From the NCBI GenBank assembly GCA_965541585.1, contig CBEUCH010000003.1:128001-192000 (forward strand): a stretch of DNA of 64,000 bases, in the 5' to 3' direction. The position numbers were made by a program, and so were the translations under genes. Shown here piece after piece: positions 58,618-64,000 of this stretch. The notes below the pieces were generated by a model. It saw nothing but the letters and a program-made list of their open reading frames with translations, was not told the DNA's origin and searched no databases. Within the stretch, counting starts at the first letter, position 1. Each line of letters begins with the position of its first letter. The stretch comes from an uncultured bacterium. GTDB lineage: Bacteria; Zixibacteria; MSB-5A5; UBA10806.

Positions 58618-60183
58618 ATGCTTTTTGCGACAAAAGTAAAGAGAATCTATCCTTATCTGCATGCTTTTTTGCTTACCGCGGGTTTTCTGTGGTGCTATCT
58701 GGGCGGACTGGCATCCGATCTGAGAGATCTAATTCTCTTCGCTCTATTGACTTATGCCATTCTGATCCTCGTATTTAATTGGCTGCATTCAAGGAAATAT
58801 TTCAGCGCAGATAGACTATATTTTGTGAGCCAGTTTTTTGACGCTGCCATTATCGCAGTGTTGATTCGACATACGGGAGGGCTGGACTCAGAATTTTACC
58901 TGGCGTTTTTTCCCGTAGTCGCCCTGGCATCGATATTTTATAGCGGCTGGCGTTCCCTGGTGGGGGCTTTATGGTATGGCTTTTGTTATCTTCTCGCCAT
59001 TTACAATACCGAATTCTGGACGGACGGCTGGCAGATAGGTTTCTTTCGCCTGGCTGCCATCCTGTCTGCAGGTCTCGTTACCAATGCGGTAGCACACTTC
59101 ATGCGCTCCTCGGAAAAGAAGCTGCTCAAAACGCTGGATACGCTCAACGAGCGAACCTGGGAGCTGGAATCGTCGCAGCTCCAGCTCTCCAATATCTACG
59201 AGACGACGAGGGCGCTCTCGGGAATCCTGGATATGGACCAGCTGCTCGAGGAGGTCTTGATAGTATCCCAGAGAATCTTCAGATTTCAGAAATGCCAGAT
59301 CTTCCTTTCCAATATAACGGGCGATTGTCTGTATCTTTACGCCACTCTGGAAAATGGGAATCGCCATATATTTGAAGACCCTATTCCTCATGGAAGAGAT
59401 ATAAGTGGTCTTATGGAGATGCAGGATCAGAGCTCAATGATCAGGCAGCTGAACCGCAAGAATCGCGATAGCGGCTCCAATCAGGTTGATATCCCGTTGC
59501 TCTCCCGGGGAAAAGTACTCGGCATAATGCAGATAAGAACCGAAACGGGGAAAACGCCCTCCGGCCGGGATAGACGCCTGCTGATGATTTTCGCAGGTTC
59601 GGCGGCAGTTGCCATCGATAATTCTCTATTGCACAAGAAGACCGAGGAGCTTACTATTATAGATGCCTTGACAGAGCTTTACAACTACAGGTACTTCCGC
59701 GCCAAACTCACCGACGAGCTAAGGAGGGCGGATCGATACCGTCAAAAGCTATCGATTCTGATGCTCGATTTAGATCACTTCAAGGAAGTCAATGATCGAT
59801 ATGGGCATCAGACCGGAAATCTCATCCTCCGCGAGGTATCCAACATCATAGAACAGTGCGTGCGAGATATCGATGTGGTCGCCCGTTATGGTGGTGAGGA
59901 GTTTGTGGTGATTCTTCCCCAGACACACGAGGAGGATGCTGCTATAATAGCGGAACGAATCAGGGAAACCGTGGAAAAAAATCATTTCCCAAACAGTAAT
60001 GGCCAGCGTGAAATCAGGATCACCGTCTCCCTCGGGATTGCCACGTATCCCGAAGGCATTCACAACTTAGATCAGCTTCTTGAGAAAGTAGACAGGGCGC
60101 TTTATCAGGCCAAAGCCGACGGGAGAAATCGGGTGTGCAGGGCGGAAAAAACCAGAAGGCGAACCGCCGATATGAATCAATGA
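58618..60183 (+). CDS. Membrane diguanylate cyclase (TM-GAF-GGDEF)
   Basis: N-terminal TM segments. DALTELYNYR, DLDHFKEVND, I-site RDID and RYGGEEF. Confidence 0.93.
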   Translation: MLFATKVKRIYPYLHAFLLTAGFLWCYLGGLASDLRDLILFALLTYAILILVFNWLHSRKYFSADRLYFVSQFFDAAIIAVLIRHTGGLDSEFYLAFFPVVALASIFYSGWRSLVGALWYGFCYLLAIYNTEFWTDGWQIGFFRLAAILSAGLVTNAVAHFMRSSEKKLLKTLDTLNERTWELESSQLQLSNIYETTRALSGILDMDQLLEEVLIVSQRIFRFQKCQIFLSNITGDCLYLYATLENGNRHIFEDPIPHGRDISGLMEMQDQSSMIRQLNRKNRDSGSNQVDIPLLSRGKVLGIMQIRTETGKTPSGRDRRLLMIFAGSAAVAIDNSLLHKKTEELTIIDALTELYNYRYFRAKLTDELRRADRYRQKLSILMLDLDHFKEVNDRYGHQTGNLILREVSNIIEQCVRDIDVVARYGGEEFVVILPQTHEEDAAIIAERIRETVEKNHFPNSNGQREIRITVSLGIATYPEGIHNLDQLLEKVDRALYQAKADGRNRVCRAEKTRRRTADMNQ

Positions 60184-61163
60184 ATAGCAATTTCAATCCC
60201 GGAAAATTCTTCATCCTTGGTTTTGATGCCGTCAGGCCGGAAGGTGATTTTCTCCATCTGATTGAGAACTACCCCCCGGCGGGTTTTCTCCTCATGCAGC
60301 AGAACTACGAAGACCCGGAGCAATTGAAATCGTTGGTTTCCTATCTGAGATCGATTGTAGACGATGATGTATTGTTCGCGGTCGATCAGGAGCCGGGACG
60401 GGTCCAGCGATTCAAAAAGGGATTTCCGAGGTCGAAACTGCCTTCGGAATATCTGAAAGATAATTCTGTAGATCAATATAGGGTCTGGTGCAGCGGGACG
60501 GCTTCGATACTGGCGGAGGTCGGAATCAACCTGAACCTGGCCCCGGAAATAGATCTTACACCGAAGGCATCTGAATTTTCCGTATTGAACGGCAGATCCT
60601 TTGGCGGCGATTCGGAGAGAGTTACAGGGTTCGCCCGGATCCTGGTGGAGGAGCACAGGGATAAAGGAGTATTAACCTGTGCCAAGCATTTCCCCGGACT
60701 GGGGGCGGGAGAGTTTGATCCCCATGAGAAGATCTCGATCTCCAGGGAACCTCTTCGTCGATTCGAGAATTACCACTGGCATCCGTTCAGGGCCGCCGTC
60801 GGCTTTGGCGTGAGCATGGTAATGACGACACATCTGTTAGCCCCGTCGCTCGATAACGGAAACTGCGCAACGTATTCGAGGCGGATATTAAGCCATCTGC
60901 GCAAAGATATCGGACATACGGGGCCGGTTATCTCCGATGATCTGTATATGAAAGGAGCTGGCGGACAGGATCTCCTCGATCAATCGTCGATAAAATCGAT
61001 TCAGGCCGGCCATAATCTGGTAATCATCTCCCGGGACATTAACCTACAGCGTAAAGCCATTGAAAGAGTATCCTCGCTGGTCGAACAGGATGAGGCTTTT
61101 CGCCAGGCAGCGATGGAAAATGAGAGAATCATCGAAGAGCTTAAGAATGATATTCGATCATAG
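60180..61163 (+). CDS. nagZ: GH3 beta-N-acetylhexosaminidase
   Basis: AVDQEPGRVQR, KHFPGLG....DPH and ISDDLYM. Confidence 0.85.
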   Translation: MNSNFNPGKFFILGFDAVRPEGDFLHLIENYPPAGFLLMQQNYEDPEQLKSLVSYLRSIVDDDVLFAVDQEPGRVQRFKKGFPRSKLPSEYLKDNSVDQYRVWCSGTASILAEVGINLNLAPEIDLTPKASEFSVLNGRSFGGDSERVTGFARILVEEHRDKGVLTCAKHFPGLGAGEFDPHEKISISREPLRRFENYHWHPFRAAVGFGVSMVMTTHLLAPSLDNGNCATYSRRILSHLRKDIGHTGPVISDDLYMKGAGGQDLLDQSSIKSIQAGHNLVIISRDINLQRKAIERVSSLVEQDEAFRQAAMENERIIEELKNDIRS

Positions 61164-62301
61164 GAGCAAGAACGCCCTCAGGGCCCCTTTTCATATAATC
61201 GGGCTTAACTCCGGAACCAGTGGCGATGGCCTTGATGCCGCGCTGGTGCAATTTCGGCAAGACAAGCCCCCGAAAGTCCTGACCGGCGAAACCTTCAAAT
61301 ATGCGAAAAGTGTCAGAGAGAATATAATAAATTGCGCTGAGGCTGGCTTTGCCGATGGCCTCAGATGGCTTGAGCTCGATTCCGAACTCGGAAATATTAT
61401 GGGACGTTACGCAAAAAGATTCCTGACGCGAGTTAAGAAAGCAGGCATAAGAGCAGATCTTATAGGCTTCCATGGACAGACCATTAGACATCTGCCGTTT
61501 GCCTTCAAGTATCCTCTGACATTGCAGATCGGAGACCCTTCGTACATAGCACAGATCACGGGTTTGCCGGTCGTGGCCGATTTCAGAAGGTCCGATCTGG
61601 CTGCCGGCGGTCAGGGTGCGCCGCTGTCTCCGGTTTTGCATGAACGTCTATTTCGCCACGAGAAAAAATGGAGGGCGGTTGTGAACATTGGCGGTATAGC
61701 CAATATTACCGTTCTTCCTCCGATAAAGTCGCGCCGGTCACCGTTGGCCGGTGACTGTGGTCCCGGCAATATGGCAATAGACCTTGCGATGAAAAGGATA
61801 TACGGCAAGACATTTGACAAAGGCGGCCGCGCAGCGCTGTCGGGAGCCCCGCATGCTAAGCTTGTATCACAGATCCTGCGCCGCAAATTCTTCACATTAT
61901 CGCCTCCCAGATCGACGGGTAGAGAGCAGTTCGGGCGTCGATTTGTCGACGAAATTTTTGATAGACTGGGGAAAACCACGGGGCAGGATGTTATCTCTAC
62001 AATTACTGAGATCACCGTCGGAGGGATTGCAGATTTTCTGAACCGCTTTGCGAAAAAAGTCGACGATATATATCTTTGCGGAGGGGGAGCGAAAAACGAG
62101 TATATTGTCTCACGCTTGAGGCAGTTATTTCCGCGAATGCGAATTGAAACAACGGCGGCGTTGGGTTACGATCCGGATTATTTGGAAGCCGTGCTCTGGG
62201 CTTATTTAGCCTGTTGCTTCCTGATAAAGAGACCTATCGATACCTCCGGATTTACCGGCGCGACCAGGCCATACATATCAGGGAGACTATGCTTTTCTTG
62301 A
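61147..62301 (+). CDS. anmK: Anhydro-N-acetylmuramic acid kinase
   Basis: GLNSGTSGDGLD, GFHGQTIRH, DLAAGGQGAPL, NIGGIAN and STGREQF. Confidence 0.95.
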   Translation: MIFDHRSKNALRAPFHIIGLNSGTSGDGLDAALVQFRQDKPPKVLTGETFKYAKSVRENIINCAEAGFADGLRWLELDSELGNIMGRYAKRFLTRVKKAGIRADLIGFHGQTIRHLPFAFKYPLTLQIGDPSYIAQITGLPVVADFRRSDLAAGGQGAPLSPVLHERLFRHEKKWRAVVNIGGIANITVLPPIKSRRSPLAGDCGPGNMAIDLAMKRIYGKTFDKGGRAALSGAPHAKLVSQILRRKFFTLSPPRSTGREQFGRRFVDEIFDRLGKTTGQDVISTITEITVGGIADFLNRFAKKVDDIYLCGGGAKNEYIVSRLRQLFPRMRIETTAALGYDPDYLEAVLWAYLACCFLIKRPIDTSGFTGATRPYISGRLCFS

Positions 62302-63530
62302 GATTCATATCAGCCATTTTGTTCCTTTGCTCGGTGGCTTTTGGATTTTCCGCCAGGAAACCCGAGATTCCTCCTCTGGCAGAATTTGAAAAAGAAATCC
62401 CGGTTCAATTATACGAGGGCCTCAGCGTGCGGATCGAAGTTCAGGGATCTGTGGCTCTGGAATGTTATCGAGGCGTGAAACTATCCGAGGTCTATTATTT
62501 TTCGTCGGATATCAATCTGGGGCACAAAGAAAACGGCATAGAGGTCTTTGATCATAACGGACAATTAACCTCCGGGCTGACCGAAGTTAGATGTAAACCG
62601 CGGAATAAATCAACCTCTCTGGGATTCAACGGAAAGGCCTATCGAGGCCATCTGCGTGGAGTGTTCAGCGACAGGCCGGAGGGGATTATCCTCCTCAACA
62701 TGGTCGATATTGAGGATTATCTGATGGGTGTTCTCCCCGGAGAGATCGGGGATCGGACCGAGGAGGAATTCGAGGCCGCTAAGGCGCAGGCGGTGGCAGC
62801 ACGCACATATGCAGTGTGGAAATTGACCAACGATGGAACCAGCGGCACGCTTTTTCCTACAATTGCCGATCAATTATACTTGGGGAAAGACTCGGAGATG
62901 GAGCTTCTTTCCAAAGCTGTCCTGGAAACCGGGGGAGAGATCATGACCTATGATAACCAGCCCATAGCGGCGTACTACCACGCAGTCTGCGGTGGTCGCA
63001 CATCGGCTATCGAGGATATCTGGCCGGGAAGAGGGAAATCGGTATATCTCGTCGGCACGGATGACGATGACTATTGCGCCTGGGCTAAAACCTATTCATG
63101 GGCCGAGACCTTTGATGATTCAACCCTGCTGGAAAACCTGAACGCCTACTTCGCCGGTCGGTCGGGCCAGGAGGCTGCTAATCTCAAAGAACTTATGGAT
63201 ATCGAGTTTTCTACTGATGGATCGTCGGAACGAGTGGTGGAGATGAAGATCTTCACTGAAAATGAAGTATTGGTTGTGGGAAAAGACCAGATCCGATGGG
63301 CCCTGGGAAGACCGTCTTCACCCGGGACGATCTTGCCGTCCACAAGATTCAAAGCCGTGAAGAGTCGTGACGGCAATGGTCTTTTACAGCTTGCCATAAC
63401 GGGAACCGGCAACGGCCATGGTGTTGGTGCCTGTCAGTGCGGTGTTATCGGCAGGGCACGGGCCGGTCAGAAATACGATCGGATTCTCAAAGCCTACTAT
63501 AAGCATATAGAAATCGAGAAGATCTATTAA
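62289..63530 (+). CDS. SpoIID/LytB-domain lytic transglycosylase
   Basis: EDYLMGVLPGE, AKAQAVAARTY, YHAVCGGRT and GNGHGVGACQ. Confidence 0.92.
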   Translation: MLFLRFISAILFLCSVAFGFSARKPEIPPLAEFEKEIPVQLYEGLSVRIEVQGSVALECYRGVKLSEVYYFSSDINLGHKENGIEVFDHNGQLTSGLTEVRCKPRNKSTSLGFNGKAYRGHLRGVFSDRPEGIILLNMVDIEDYLMGVLPGEIGDRTEEEFEAAKAQAVAARTYAVWKLTNDGTSGTLFPTIADQLYLGKDSEMELLSKAVLETGGEIMTYDNQPIAAYYHAVCGGRTSAIEDIWPGRGKSVYLVGTDDDDYCAWAKTYSWAETFDDSTLLENLNAYFAGRSGQEAANLKELMDIEFSTDGSSERVVEMKIFTENEVLVVGKDQIRWALGRPSSPGTILPSTRFKAVKSRDGNGLLQLAITGTGNGHGVGACQCGVIGRARAGQKYDRILKAYYKHIEIEKIY

Positions 63531-63568
63531 ATGCCGGATGTTATCATAAGCATAGTGGCGTAGTTGTC

Positions 63569-64000
63569 CTGAGAAATCTGAAGGATGATTCAATCGAGGT
63601 CAATATCCGGGACAAAACTTTAAAGATTGCTCTTTTGCAGGATGGGCCCGGGTCGGGGATACGGAAATCCTTTATGGATAAGCTGATTGCCGAACCTCCG
63701 GATATACTGGCCCTCCCCGAATATTATTTCGTGGTATCAGCGTATGAAAGCGTCGTCGATTCTTCCTTCAGAAGTGACAAAATAATCGTGCAACTGAAAG
63801 AACTCTCGTCCGCGCTGGGATGTATCCTGGTGGGCGGGAGTATAGTAGAGCGTGTAAACGGGAATTATTATAATCGCTCTTATCTGTTGGATTCGGGTCA
63901 GATTATCGGTTCTTACGATAAGATTCATCCCTATGATAACGAGGGCCGTGGCCTGATAAGAGAGGGAACGGAATATAAGGTTTTCGAGGTCCGCGGTCTC
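63569..64000 (+). CDS. Carbon-nitrogen hydrolase (nitrilase family), 3'-truncated; start uncertain
   Basis: Own translation of the frame open from 63503: LKIALLQ...DILALPEYYF...LVGGSIVE...YYNRSYL...YDKIHPY. No ATG/GTG/TTG precedes the first domain strand; CTG codons at 63569 and 63578. Confidence 0.8.
   Translation, partial: MRNLKDDSIEVNIRDKTLKIALLQDGPGSGIRKSFMDKLIAEPPDILALPEYYFVVSAYESVVDSSFRSDKIIVQLKELSSALGCILVGGSIVERVNGNYYNRSYLLDSGQIIGSYDKIHPYDNEGRGLIREGTEYKVFEVRGL

Overview
Bacterial chromosomal window, about 50% GC by eye. Coexisting IPTL-CTERM and FlgD/T9SS-like C-terminal tails suggest a Zixibacteria-like or FCB-associated lineage (inference only). Core content: a complete 14-gene nuoA-N complex I operon, mtaB, tadA, a Fur-family regulator, tRNA-Ala(GGC), tRNA-Arg(ACG), a MacAB-type ABC exporter, a Na+/H+ antiporter and a diguanylate cyclase-nagZ-anmK-spoIID-nitrilase cluster. 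Accessory content: eight surface or secreted proteins with two alternative C-terminal sorting tails. These include a tandem array of IPTL-CTERM beta-helix proteins built from 22 DNA-level repeated coils with hypervariable slots. Also notable: a GIY-YIG nuclease bracketed by TGTC-tagged REP-like palindromes that recur elsewhere and carry nested micro-insertions; an ECF sigma factor with a ZAS anti-sigma/TonB fusion; a PlsA/Ger-like putative ether-lipid enzyme; a GAF/PAS-LuxR regulator followed by a palindrome, a consensus promoter and a structured ~130-nt RNA candidate; and two out-of-frame poly-G tracts. No CRISPR array, integrase, transposase or reverse transcriptase was seen.
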